Source: Octopus sinensis (Eukaryota). From it: a stretch of 64,000 nucleotides of DNA. The notes under the pieces were generated by a model. It did no database searches and was not told the DNA's origin. It saw nothing but the letters and a program-made list of their open reading frames with translations. Position 1 is the stretch's first letter. Every line of letters starts with the position of its first letter. The position numbers and the translations under genes are program-made. The DNA is taken from NCBI RefSeq assembly GCF_006345805.1, contig NW_021832279.1, forward strand, positions 1 to 64,000, in the 5' to 3' direction. Of the stretch, positions 39,103 through 51,619 are shown piece by piece.

Positions 39103-39506
39103 ATGTTCCACAATGACATTAATGTAATTGAGGATGAGGCATATTTGTAATATTTGAATACACAGTTCGAGGATGAAACTATTCTTGAGAGATTGTGTGC
39201 CTTGACTGAAATATTCCCTCAATCATTTCGGGATTTTGTATGGAATGTTTCCGAAACAACCAGCAAAGTGACGATCAGTGTCATTTCTCGTCTGTCCACG
39301 ATAGCATGGGGAGTCACAACTTCTCTGATAATTATTGTTCTCCCCGTAATGCTTGAAAATGAGAGATTTGCTGTAACTAATCAAATCGAACAACAACAAA
39401 GACAGGTATTGGTTATATTGAAATATTTGTACAGGTCTTACTTGGACCTAATGCTTCTTCTGGGTCTTTTAGAAGTGTACCTCCCCCTCAATTAACTCGA
39501 ATGTGA
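39103..39506 (+). CDS. TOMM22: TOM22, second intact copy
   Basis: Identical to 11047-11450. Confidence 0.9.
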
Positions 39507-41046
39507 TTTAGAATTTTAACTGAATTTGTTTTAAGAGTTGGTTTTAATAATTATTTGTTAATTTGACTATGAGTAAATCCCCACTACTATGTTTCCTGAG
39601 ACCTTTATTACGCGATAGTAGTAGATTCTATTAAAACGTTAAGCTCAGTCAGATGTAGTCGAAATTTGATATTTTGCTAAATACAGAACATAAATATATT
39701 CAATCCCATTGGTTGTAGTAATGGTCGGGCTGATGAGTTTTCACGAAGCTGATTTCAATGAGGACCTTTCCTACTCCCAACTTTTTGCCAAGCCTTTTCA
39801 ACCTGAGCAGTTTTTTTAAATGGAAGTCTGATTTGAACATGAGGCATCTATCTCTGTTGAAATTACTTTTTGAACTAATTTTAGTATTGACAAGACCATC
39901 TGTTCCAAATGGTTTTCCCACTTCTCGCCAAGTTTTCTTTTGTATTTCGACCTAATTATCATGTCTAAATGTGACATCTATAAGGGTGATCCACTTGCCT
40001 TATTAATGTTTGCCCTCTCTGTTGACCACACCGCTCGTAACTTATCTTACAAAGTAAATTTCTGGTATCTGGACGACGTGACTATTGGATAACTCACTGA
40101 TATGGTTTCCAAGGATGTCTCCAGAATCATTTCTGGTTCCTGAAGACTGGACTCTCCTTAAATAGCAGCAAATGTGAACTCGTAAATATCTCTCTACCCA
40201 GGCACTCTTTTTCGTGCATTCTCAACCATTGGTTGCCTGATCAAAGAGCTGCGGTTCCCGTCGAACAATGATTTGGTTATTCTTGGCATGCCAATCTTCA
40301 AAGTGGGGCATAGTTAAAGCCTTGTAAAGAAAGTAGGATAAAATTAAGCTGTTAACTGATCGAATCCGTGGTCTTGGCTATCATTTGGCGTTTTTCCTGT
40401 GAAGAATTTTCTTTTTTGGAAGACGATGAAACCGTACCTTCTACATTAAAGCTCAATTGAAAATTTTTTTATTCCTTTAACAAACTCAATGAGCTCTCAG
40501 AATACTCCTCTCTTTGCCGTATTTGGAATACACTTGCCCTCGGTTTTATGTGACGAGCTGTGGACACATTTTCTGGAAAAATACTAGCAAAAAATCCTTG
40601 TTTTAGTAGTGGCTAAAAGGTGTCGGAGGTGAATTCTAACTCACTTTCAAATGCTTCGAGAGCTTTTTTTTACAGGTAAATCTTGACTGGAGAGAAACTG
40701 AAAAGATCTGCCAAAAAGAAAGTCGCGTTTAGGCGCCTTTTTGGAAACTACACGATTTTAAGTAGAAAATTATCGACATTTTCTTCTGTCAAACCTTATT
40801 TTTATTAAGTAGTTTCATGCTTGTTCTTTACGTGCTTTTTGAGTATTTTCTGAGAGTTTTTGAAACGTTTATTTAAATCCAGAATCGATCATGGAGGTAT
40901 TAAAAGTAGGATTTTTAGAGCATATTTTAGAAAGGTAATAGCTTGAACGGAGCAGTATTCTGCAAAGAAACCTGTATACTGGTTATACTGGTTTTTTGTA
41001 CCGATCACGGTTTCTTGTTCAAGTTTGATTTGAGTGGGATCTAAAG

Positions 41047-43391
41047 CAGCGGTTCTCAACCTTTTTTAGACTGGGGACCACTTTTGCACTATAAAATTTT
41101 GTGGGGACCACCTTAAATAAAATAAACATTTTTTGGTATTAGCGCACAATTTTTGGCCTCGTCAGGGCCAGGTTTAGACATGTTCGAATATTTATTATAA
41201 AAATAACATGAACATTATGAAAATAACAGAAAATTTAATAGTAATTTAGTGAGATTTCTGATCTTGTTTGCTCAGAATAATTTTACTTATATCAGGCTCT
41301 ATGTTCGACAAAGCTACTCGCATATCATCTTGTACCCGTAGTCTATTTCTATATTTTGTTTTTAGAAAAGTCAGACACGACATCGCCATTTCACAGTGAT
41401 AAGTAGTGGGGAATGCAAGTATTGATTCCAATGCAGTTTTACTCAAAATGGGAAATTCTTTCGCCATCTGACACCTAACAATAAAAAGTAATTATTTATG
41501 AGAATACCAAATGAAGTACATTTGAAAATAATCTGAGCAGACTGATTACATTGAAGTTCAATCAAGCTCTGCTGAAAATTGAGTTCCTGATATTCTTTAA
41601 ATGAGGTCAAGAAAGGTTGAACGATCCAGTTTGGAATTGGGTCTTCAACAGGAAAATAATCATCAAATTTTGTCTTGAGATTTTCCAGATGTTTGATTAT
41701 CAGACTTAGAAGAACATTATCCGGTGGGTTGTGTCCGAGATGATATTCAAGCATTGGGAACATTGATGTTATTCCTTTTTTTATTTTCATTATCCACAAT
41801 AATAACTTTTTTTTAAAAGCCATTATTATTTGATTGACTTCGACAATTGATATATAAAGACCTTTAAATAAATTAATAAAAATTTTACCCTGCATTGACA
41901 AATTAAACTCATTTAAAATGTTAAAAAAATCGGCAAGATAATACATTTTCGATTTAAAAGTAAAATCATCGAATTGATCGGCCCAATCATGCTGCATATT
42001 ATCACGCAAAAACAAAGAGATCGCAGGAGAAAGTTCACAAATTCTCGAAAGGATTTTCCCCCTTGAAAGCCACCTAATTTCAGAATGATAAAGTAGTATA
42101 GAATGATTACTTCCTAACTCTTCACAAAGAGTTTGGAAAATTCGATGATTAAGTGGTCGAGATCGAATATAGTTTATCACTTTTACAATAGTGTTTAGTG
42201 TTTCTCTTAACGACGAACACATAGTTTTTGAACAAAGTGCATATTTGTGCAATGCACAATGTCTTGTAACAATATCAGGAACCAAATCCTTAATACGAGT
42301 AACAAGTCCAGATTGATGACCAATCATCGCAGGTGCACCATCAGTACATATAGATCCAACTTTATCCCATTGGATTTTATTCGTCTTCATAAAATTGTCA
42401 AAAATATTAAAGATGTCCTCTCCACGAGTGTGTCCATCCATCTCCAAACAAAATAAAAACTCATCAATAATATTCTCATCATCAACAAAGCGAACATAGG
42501 ACACAAGCTGACAGACGTTAGAAATGTCAGTTGACTCGTCCAATTGAATACTTATTCTGCATTTACTTTTATTGATTCTTTCAATTAATTGCTTCAGGAT
42601 ATCGGATGACAATTCTGAAATTCTACGGGAAATTGAATGGTATGTCCTTAAGTTTGGTAACTGCATCCGGACCAAACAAAATTCGAGCCATTTCAAAAGC
42701 CGCTGGTTTGATTAACTTTTCACCAGAATTATGTGCAGCTTTGTTTTTTGCGATAATCATTGAGACATATTTGTTTTAGATATAAATTAAAATTACAGCA
42801 TATGATGCTTCTAATCTCGGTTTATCTTGAGATTTATTAAACCACTCAAGCTTTGGCTGTAAATCAAACTTCGTTCTTTTGACTTTAAAATATTCATGTG
42901 AGGAAGAATTTTCTGGGTGTACAGACTCTTTGTGGCGCCTAAGTTGAGAAGGTTTCAGTGAATTGTTTCCCAAAATTTTATGGCAAATCATGCATTTTGC
43001 CTTTATTTCATTATTTGGGGCAATGAATTTAGTGAATCCAAATTGTACGTAAGAATTCGACCAAAGACGACGATTCTTGTTAACCATAACTAGAATGATA
43101 AACCACGCTAATCAAATCAGATTAATTTCAATGTTTTTGATTTATACTTAATTGTACAATTAGTTTTAATTTAATATATTGTTATTTTTCGAAAATTTCT
43201 GGGGACCACTAAAAATTTTCTGGGGACCACGATTGAGAACCGCTTGATTAATTTCAATGTTTTTGATTTATACTTAATTGTACAATTAGTTTTAACTTTA
43301 ATATATTTTTATTTTTCGAAAATTCCTGGGGACCACTAAAAATTTTCTGGGGACCACTAGTGGTCCCGGGGACCACGGTTGAGAACCGCTG
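41047..43391 (-). mobile_element. Near full-length Buster/ZBED5-like hAT; transposase inactivated; contains mini-introns
   Basis: TIR CAGCGGTTCTCAA, TSD ATCTAAAG (41039-41046, 43392-43399); KCMICHK..KPSQLRRH, IQLDESTD, CTDGAPAM, HCALH, EIRWLSRG, FPTTYHCE; introns 41862-41888 and 41475-41507. Confidence 0.93.
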
Positions 43392-43674
43392 ATCTAAAGG
43401 CTTTGCAGACTTGAAAAATAAAGAGAAAGTAAGACCTTCTAGAAAGTAGTACATTTGATAAATTTCAGGGATCATTTGTAAAAAAATCCAGAATAAAATG
43501 AGAAACTGCATAAGGGTTCCATTCCTTTTCTTTGTAGAAGCTTTTTTATGTTTTTAAAAAACCTTCAAAGCAGAAGCAGTTTGAAAGACGATATTGATCT
43601 AAGAAAAGATTTGCCATTTCCTACTTGATCTCTAAAATTTTATTTTTGAGCTTATAAGTTCGTTTTATTGTAAA

Positions 43675-43890
43675 ATGACTTTGGAACAGTTAGATTTATC
43701 AGCCCTAGGTCCCTTTGTTTCTGAAAAGCAAATAGATTATTATTTCAACAAACACCATGCGGCTTATTTCAAAAAACTCAATGATCTTGTCGAAGGCAAA
43801 AAGAAAAGACGCAGACCTTAGAAGAGTCGAGTTATCAGGAGAAGTATTCAATAATCATACTTTTTGGGATTGCATGTCCCCCACAAAACA
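43675..43890 (+). pseudogene. Fe/Mn superoxide dismutase N-terminal pseudogene fragment, FeSOD-like
   Basis: MTLEQLDLSALGPFVSEKQIDYYFNKHHAAYFKKLNDLVEG, then frameshifted SGEVFNN-HTF-WDCMSP; intronless. Confidence 0.8.
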
Positions 43891-44299
43891 GGACAAGACA
43901 AAATAACGTGTATATCATCACAGCCTATCTCCTTACAGGCTTATCTAGAAAAATATTTTTACGTATTTTGTCAAAAAATGACACCTTTAAAACTCCTCTA
44001 TAAAATTGCAGCTCCGCAAAAAGAAATCTCTGAATGGCATGATTATTATCAGAGGTTAGAAAGGAAGTTTGATAAGAAGCGAGATCATTTAGCAAATCCT
44101 GAAGATCCATCTGATCCCGCTCGTGCTATTCCGACATTTTAGAGGCTTTTTATTGTTCAAAATAAGTTGGTTTTATAAAAGGTAATTAGAGGAGTTTTGT
44201 AAAAAAAAGGCATCAAAATGCGCTTATTCTCAAAAGAAAGTAATTTTGGAGAAATTAATCTTAAAACCGACCACATATCACAGGAAAATACAAAAGACT

Positions 44300-44580
44300 T
44301 TGCCTCATTAATATCAGCCTCCAATTTCAGTGCATTATCTCACCGCCACATCTTTGCCCCGATCGCAGTGGAGACATCGGGAGTCCTCGGCCCCAGAACT
44401 AAAAAAATTCCTTATTAAACTGGGGGATTTGGCAAGCAGAAGAAGAAATGATCATCGGGAACGGACATGGCTTTTCCAACGCATATCAATAGCCATCTTT
44501 CGTGGGAATTGCCATTCCATCCTATCCTCTGCTGCTAATTAAATATACATAATTATCATAAAAAAATATAAATGACAAAA
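44300..44580 (+). mobile_element. Short CRE-like 3' fragment (RLE end)
   Basis: HIFAPIAVETSGVLGP..ERTWLFQRISIAIFRGN; frameshift. Confidence 0.8.
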
Positions 44581-44699
44581 AAAATTAAAAAAGCATTCGT
44601 TGATTATCAATTTAGGTTTTAATGGTCTTGTTTTCAGTTTTTGCTTTTTTAAAGGTTTCTTTTTGGCTAATATTTAACCTGTCTTTCCTTAAACTATCT

Positions 44700-45200
44700 T
44701 TCCTTTTTTGTAGTAGCCTTTTGTTTTTCTTTGTTTTCAGAAGTTGCATGAATTGATGATTCACCTTGTTGACAAGCTTGCATGCGCTTCAAGAAATAAT
44801 TTTTTATGTCTCCTTCGGAATCGTGAGCTTCGATATAGCGGTTTCTAATCAAGTACTCTGAAGGAAACAGGGTTGCGACGTCCGCAGTAAAGAGAAATAT
44901 ACAGCAATTAATTAGGAATTAAAACTTAACGCCTCCACATTGACTAGCTTTTTGTTGCATCTGCAGGTATCCTGTTATCTTTAGCAATCTTTAAAGATAT
45001 GATGGATTTAAAAATAGTTGCAGAGCCTTCCACGCGAATGTCTCTTCGAGCTTTAAAAGCTTGACTAGAGCGTCATTGGAATCCTTAATTATCTTTATCA
45101 ATATCATTTAATCGAATTGAAGCTCCATGAGAACATGAAGGTGTGCTCTACTGGTCTTCGTCAAGACTGGAAGGTATATCATTTTGAAGTAAATCCACTC
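44700..45200 (-). mobile_element. Possible Penelope-like RT debris
   Basis: Short motifs IIKDSND and FTADVATLFPS in broken frames only. Confidence 0.3.
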
Positions 45201-46852
45201 AAAACGTACAAGAGAATGCAAAATCTAAAACTATTGGGAGTTATGTTTGATTATGTTCGTTAAGTAGGCCTTTATAATACTCGAAAAGCTTTCGAACTGA
45301 AAATTTTATGTATCTGCGTCATTTTCATAAAGCTTTAGAAATAAAATATATCTGGACTATAAAAGAGATACTCATGGATGACACGTTCTTGGGTCGGTGT
45401 TAAATAACTCCGAATACAAATGGCATCAATCGCTCCAATTGCATTATCTTCAGTCATACCTTTAAAACTTGTTAGACCTAATCAAAGCGAATTCCTCTTG
45501 GCTGGGCTAAAGTCTAACTTGACTGTGATTAGGCAAGTTTTTCAACTGATGTCTCTGAGTCTTTAAGAGGAGTCTATAAAACACGCTTTTCTGAAAAAGG
45601 TTTTAGTAAACTACTTTGTTCTGCGATTGCTAGCACATTTATGAGGAACAGGCTATCAGATCACTCGAACATAATAAACTATTAAACCCCGAACCTTCCC
45701 TTATCGATGAATCCGAGTTATTTCTAAGCAGGAAAATCCGTGTATATCTATTAAGAATCCGCTCAGGGCACCATCACTTCCTCTAAAGACCACATCTTTC
45801 CGTGCATCCAGATGACCTCTTCTCATGCCCTGAGACACCCCAATCGTCTCCACAAAATGGGCTCCGAGGCCTGTGGGAGCGGACGACCTCCGCTGGTCGC
45901 TTTTTTACTTGTTGCTGGTTTCCTATAAGATAGCGAAATCAGGGATTGACTAATATTGTTTGATGATTATAAACCGTTCACAATCTATTGACATGGGACT
46001 ATACTAAATTTTAGCCCTGAAAAAATTTTTAGAAAATTTAAAAAAACATTTGCGCTAATCTCTCAAAATTTCTTAATCGATGGGAACCTTGTTTGTAAAA
46101 TTATCGATGTTTCTCAAATTCAAAATGGAGATCAAGTCCTAGCAGTGGGTCCTGGTCCTGGCGTTTGACAGAAACACTTCTGAAAAAAGGCCCTTTGTGA
46201 CTGAAATTAAAAAAGATGATCGTTTTTTGGTTTTTAAAAAGCTCACTGTTATCCCCCAAGATTTTTTACAAACTAACTTTTTTTTCTATTCAAACGAAAG
46301 TTTTTGCCAATATATTAGAAGAATTCTTTTGCAAAAACTTTTTCTATAAAAGAAATAGTGTTTGCACAGTGCTTGAAGAGCTTGGTACTTTAGCGAAACT
46401 CTCAGAAAATAATTAAAAAAAGTATGGCCGGCCTAAGCGAGATGTCAACATGACGTTTACATCTTACGGCGGGGCTATTTACGATTAGGAAAATAAATTT
46501 CCTCTATAACACTTATTGTGAAAAAAGAAGTTGTTGAAAGGCTTGTTGCAAAGATAGAGAGAAATAGCTACAGCTCATTTACTCTTTTTGTTTCGTATTA
46601 TTTTTCTTCCAAGCTTCTGTTCACTGTTTTTAACCAAAGCCTAAAGTCACATCAGCTGTCATTCAGCTTAATCTTGAGAGAAGTCGATGAAAGCGCCCTT
46701 CTACATTAAAGCTCAATTAAAAAAATTTTCACCAAAAACTCTTATTAGTTCAGGATAGACATAAACTTACTCCAGACAATCTAGGTACCTAACTAGTCTC
46801 CGCTGTCAAAGCAATGCACATTAAAAAAATCACATTAGTTATTGGAAGTAAA

Positions 46853-48584
46853 TTCCATTCTTTATTCCCTAACACTTGTATACTATATTAGTGTATGTAA
46901 AGCAGAAGAACTGATGGCGATCCAGTTTCCCCTCACTATTGTTTGGGACACGTTCTGGAGGAGCCATCTCGTCTCCAGAGGATTGTGTGTTCTCAGGGTC
47001 TTGAGACGTCCAATACACATGAGGAAGCGCAACGACTCCTTCCCAATCGATCCCAGGGTTTCGACAGCAACCGGCCGGAAAACGTAACGATCGGTGAGCC
47101 CATCATATTTCTTCTTCTTGATGTCCTCTGCTCTATCCGCAGCTGTGCCAGCATTGCAGGCACTTTCTTTCCAACATATTTGTCTTGGACAAGGAATCGG
47201 AACATGTTGAATCCCATACGAGAGGCTTTCCTTCCAAAAACGGAAAGATAGTAATCCAGTCTGGGCGTTTTCCATCTCCTCGGTCCAATCCAGGTGGTTC
47301 CAGCACTGATGGGAATCCGATTGAATCGAGAGCTCTTCTTATAACGTCGTTGAGAGCTGAATGCCTCGGGAATCTTCCAGCGCTTTTTCGACAGGAAAGA
47401 GGGTGGAGTCCAAATTGATCAATCGATGCACCACAGCGGCATTTGTATGGTTCACAAACTTTGAGACCGATACGTAGACAGATACCGACTTGCAGTGTGT
47501 CAGGATCCAAGAGAGTCCCCAAGCTTCCGATCGGGAAGGCTTCCAACCATTCTCCACTCCCCGTGGACCTCCCGGCAAGCAAGCATGCTCTACGGTGTTG
47601 ATTCGATGTCTTTAGGAGACTCTCGAACCGACCTTCGCACACAATCTTGTCATAACTCTTCTGCAAGGAAAAGTCCGACGGCAGCTTCGATTCGTTTGCG
47701 CTCCAACTGTCAAAGTAGGCAGTCATCTTAGGTAATGAAAATTCGGGGAGGAGATGGAGAATCTTCTGAACCAGAGTTTGACTGCTGTACAGTGAAGACA
47801 GGAATGCGGGGCGGGACACATCGGTAGGATTTCGGATGCCAAGACCTCCAAAGGAGACAGAAAGGGAAGCTTGTTTCCAGCCTTGATCGTCGAATTTGAT
47901 GTTTATGATGCGTTCAGTTGTTTTCCGGAAAAGGACATTAATAGAATGAAGTTGATCATTTTCTAAGAAGCAGGGTGACCCCCGTAGCACATGAATTAAT
48001 TTTTGGATGCCAAGGGCATTTTTGAGCAGGAAGAAGGCTGTATGTGGGTCCAACAAATTAAGACGAACAAAAGTTTTTTCCAGTAGCATTTCCTTAGTTT
48101 CAAGAGCGTTCTTGATTCCACCATCTGTCAATGGGCAGCCTAATATCTCCAGACTGATACTAGGCGTGATGGACGCTCCAGGAATTAACTCACTGAAAGA
48201 GGAAACAATAACCTCGAATTCATCACGACTGAACCCAAAATTAATGATTTCACTTTTTGAAGTGTTCAGTATAAGACCAACGCATTCAAGTCTCGGAATA
48301 AGGTCAACGAGCGTCTTGAAGACAGTTTCGGGATGACCTCCGAGGGTGCAGTCATCAAGGTACCAAACATTCAGCGGGGTTGAGCAGTTCTTAACAATGT
48401 GATTAATTCCAAGGCAAAAGAGCACAGGACCCAATGGGTCTCCTTGTTGAACCCCCGAGGACGAGGAAATATGGTAAGGGCCATGGACGAGGGTGGATGG
48501 TTTTGCGTATGAGCTGAGCACATAGTTGTATATTTCGGGACAAAATTCAAGACAGTTCTCCAATATAGAGTCGCGGCGAATGGT
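46853..48584 (-). mobile_element. 5'-truncated CRE-like retrotransposon (RT+RLE), one frameshift near 47200
   Basis: GVQQGDPLGP, WYLDD, GGLGIR, CRCG..HPLSC..RH; 15-bp TSD GTTATTGGAAGTAAA (46838-46852, 48585-48599). Confidence 0.93.
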
Positions 48585-48638
48585 GTTATTGGAAGTAAAA
48601 AAATTACTGTGCCGTCATCAGGTAAATAAAACGAAAAC

Positions 48639-50053
48639 TCAAATCAAAAACATAGAAAGTGAGTCCTTGTAGAGCACAACAACAAAATATGGGAGTGCTA
48701 AAATGCCCTGAACGAATTGTTCAGAATCCAAGGAGGCAACATAAAGCTCTCCACTACAAGTGACTTGTTCTCCTTTTTTGCGGTTGGTGAGAACCACGTC
48801 TTGGGACAAATCTACTCGACTGTTGTAAATCATGAGAGTTCGTCTGGAGTCACAAATAACTCCGTATTTCAAATCACAGGACACTTGAGTAAACCTCCTT
48901 TCAGACTTGGACAACTCAACGTACGAAAATGCATCCAAAGTTGAAGAATGCCGCCACACAGAACCATCATAGCTGTACACGACTCCATCCACGTCGTATT
49001 GAAGACATATCGAAGGAGTGTGAGGATTGTCTCTGCTCCATACCTGTCCCACAACCCGAGAATTGTTCACGTAATTCACTGTTGATTTCTCAGTCGAGCG
49101 AAGGTCCAGTCGTACAATAAACACAGTTTCAGGACATTCTGAATCCTCATCTTCCACAGCCTCGGGATTGAAGGCATCTCGGTCGATTTCCTTGACTTTT
49201 GACAAATCAGTCGAGTCGACAAAATGATAATCCTCGTCAGAACCAATCAACAAAATCCCCGGACTGTCGACATTTCCCTCCAAAGCCACATATTCCGGCA
49301 TAGATGAGCCGCCTATTTTCCTCGTTCTGTCACAACTCCAACACGAATTGCTGTTTTTAAAATTTAAAGTGACAATTTCGTATTTTTTCTTACAAGTGAG
49401 TTGTGTTTTGTCACAATTAGGACATGCCAACAACACAATCTCAACTTGCAGACCATTTTCCCTGGAAATGGCAGCATATATCTGAAACTGACCAAGATCC
49501 AAATCTGTATCCAATTCATGATTATAAACCACCTCAATAACCATAAACTTGTACCTGCCATTTCATTTTAGACTGGTCAGCCCTATTTCCAGTGGACAGC
49601 AATAAAATGTTTGTAGAATCCACGTTCACCACAGCGTACTGCCAGTCCGGAAAGATGAGCGACGTGTAGTTATCTGAGCAAATCCTCCTCCCCGTATACT
49701 CAGAAATGTCAAACTTTTCAGTAAAACAGTCAGAGGCATTTAAAGTGATCTAAAACTGATTCTTTTGTGGATTACTTGAATTAAATTGACTTGCATGATT
49801 GTAAAGTCCTCGGTGATGTAATAAACCATTTCCTGGTTGAATTGATCGAGTATTAGCAAGTGATTTCTTGAATATAATTTTGTCCGATATAAGGAACTGT
49901 CAGCCATTTCTGTAAGGTCGTAGGTCAAAAGGTCTAAAAATGTGAATTTTTAAAACTTTTTTCGAGTTTTTGCTTGATTTTCTTTAAAACGTTATTCTTT
50001 AAACGATATCCTTGGAATTCATTATTTATCAAATTTCTGTTTGGTCTGAGCAT
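48639..50053 (-). CDS. NUDCD1: NudC domain-containing protein 1-like, intact; introns 49934-49956, 49750-49775, 49533-49554
   Basis: RPNRNL..EFQGYRL, CLQYDVDG, LDAFSYVELSK..RF, LTNRKKGEQV, VASL match NudCD1; the three introns (23/26/22 nt) keep the frame. Confidence 0.85.
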
Positions 50054-50160
50054 ACACTAAAAGAAGCCACAAGAACAATATAAATATATTGAAAATAATG
50101 AATTAAATACATAATAAAATAGTTTATTATCAGTTTAGAAATAATTTGATCTTTCTCTAC

Positions 50161-50453
50161 CAGCATTTCTCTGTTCATGCCACTAGCTCTCTTGTCCATG
50201 AGATTCTCCAATCCGCTTTTGAATTCGCCTTGGACACTGTGTTCTGCTGTCAGATGCAGATCCCCTAATGAAGTTCCTGATGATTTGACCAAGGGCAATT
50301 GGACACAATTTATTCCTACCAAAAGTTCCTCAAGTGTAAACTCAATCAACACCGCCTGGCCTGTCTGCTTGCAGAGTCCCAAAAGTACCAGGAACCTGCC
50401 TGACAGCCATTCCAATGGAACCAGCATTGCAGATTGAACATAATTTTCGTCAT
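50161..50453 (-). other. Unidentified ORF or exon upstream of NudCD1, divergent from RpiA
   Basis: Higher-GC open frame; could splice in frame to NudCD1 via a 104-nt GT-AG intron (50057-50160); no family recognised. Confidence 0.3.
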
Positions 50454-50584
50454 GTTTTTATCTCTTTAAAAATTTATGTAATTTAAAAAATAAAAATTCT
50501 GTGACAATTTATTTTTACTTTGTTAAAAAATTAATTCACCATGGAAAAAAATTATCATAATAAAAAAATAGTACACTTTAAAAA

Positions 50585-51362
50585 ATGAACGATGACGTTA
50601 TTACTGACAATTATGAGTTAGCCAAAAAATCTGCTTCTACAACGGCAGTAAATACATACTTAAAAGTTTATCTTATAAAGTAATTTAAAATAGTCAGATT
50701 CAAAAGTTGGTCTTGGGACTGGAAGCACGGCTTATTACGTGGCCGAACATATCTCCCACCTTCTGTCAGAGAGAAAAGTCACAAACCTGATTTTTTATCC
50801 CACTTCGGTCGAGGCTCATCGAGTTGCACGTGAAATGAACCTGAAAGTTGGGGATATTAACGATGTCGATTCTGTGGACATTACTTTCGATGGCTGTGAC
50901 GAGTGCGATCAGAATTTGACTCTTCTCAAGGGAGGAGGAGGCTGCCATGTCCAGGAAAAAGTCGTGGGGTCGATTTCTAAATTTTACGTCGTTGTCGGTG
51001 ACTCGAGAAAACTTGTCAAAAGATTGGGCGAGACGTGGAAAAAGGGAATTCCCGTCGAAGTTTTAAAGTTTTGTGTTGACCTTGTTTCGAGAAGAATTGT
51101 CAAGGCTCTAGGAGGCACTGCAACGGTCAGATATACAGGAAAGGCAAAGTGTGGGCCAGTAGTGACGGATAACGGCAATTATATAATTGATTGGGTGTTC
51201 CCGTGCGGGATTCATTTAGATAAAACATGGCAAGATGTTGAATATCAATTGTTGAACATTCCTGGTGTGGTGGGCACTGGGCTGTTTATTGGCATTGCTC
51301 ATGTCGGAGTGTTTGCCGATTCTCTAGGCATGACATGGGATCTTAAAAGACCCGACTTGTAG
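50585..51362 (+). CDS. RPIA: Ribose-5-phosphate isomerase A, intact; 28-nt intron 50666-50693
   Basis: VGLGTGST, DITFDGCDE, KGGGGCHVQEKVV, IPVEV, VVTDNGNYIID, IPGVVGTGLF. Confidence 0.95.
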
Positions 51363-51619
51363 TTTCACTGATTTGTTTATTATCTTTTATGTTTCTGTTA
51401 CTTTAAACAAAAAGTAAATATTACTTGAAGTAAACTAAACTATTAAAAAAGCAACTAATCAAAAATAAAAACTTTTTGAGGATCCAATCAATGGTGAAGA
51501 ATCGTCTAATCTAGAGAATCGTCTAAAAAAGGTTTATTTTGTAAAATTAGTTTTAAAACCATTTAATTTTGAAATTACTTCATAAATTCGTTTTCCTTCT
51601 GGTATCAACGTATTCAACA

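Larger units (their letters stand above)
28055..40635 (+). repeat. Copy 2 of the segmental duplication
   Basis: Sequence identity to 1-12594. Confidence 0.97.

Noticed and set aside
40440-41046. Possible LINE 5' region (C2H2-like LKKHVKNKH, LSFNVEG; ~40-bp similarity to ~46690-46730)
   Set aside because: Too degraded to assign; kept only as context for the duplication breakpoint.
45200-46450. Scattered APE-like words (SDH, LAG) and short ORFs
   Set aside because: Inconsistent frames and strands; cannot support a call.
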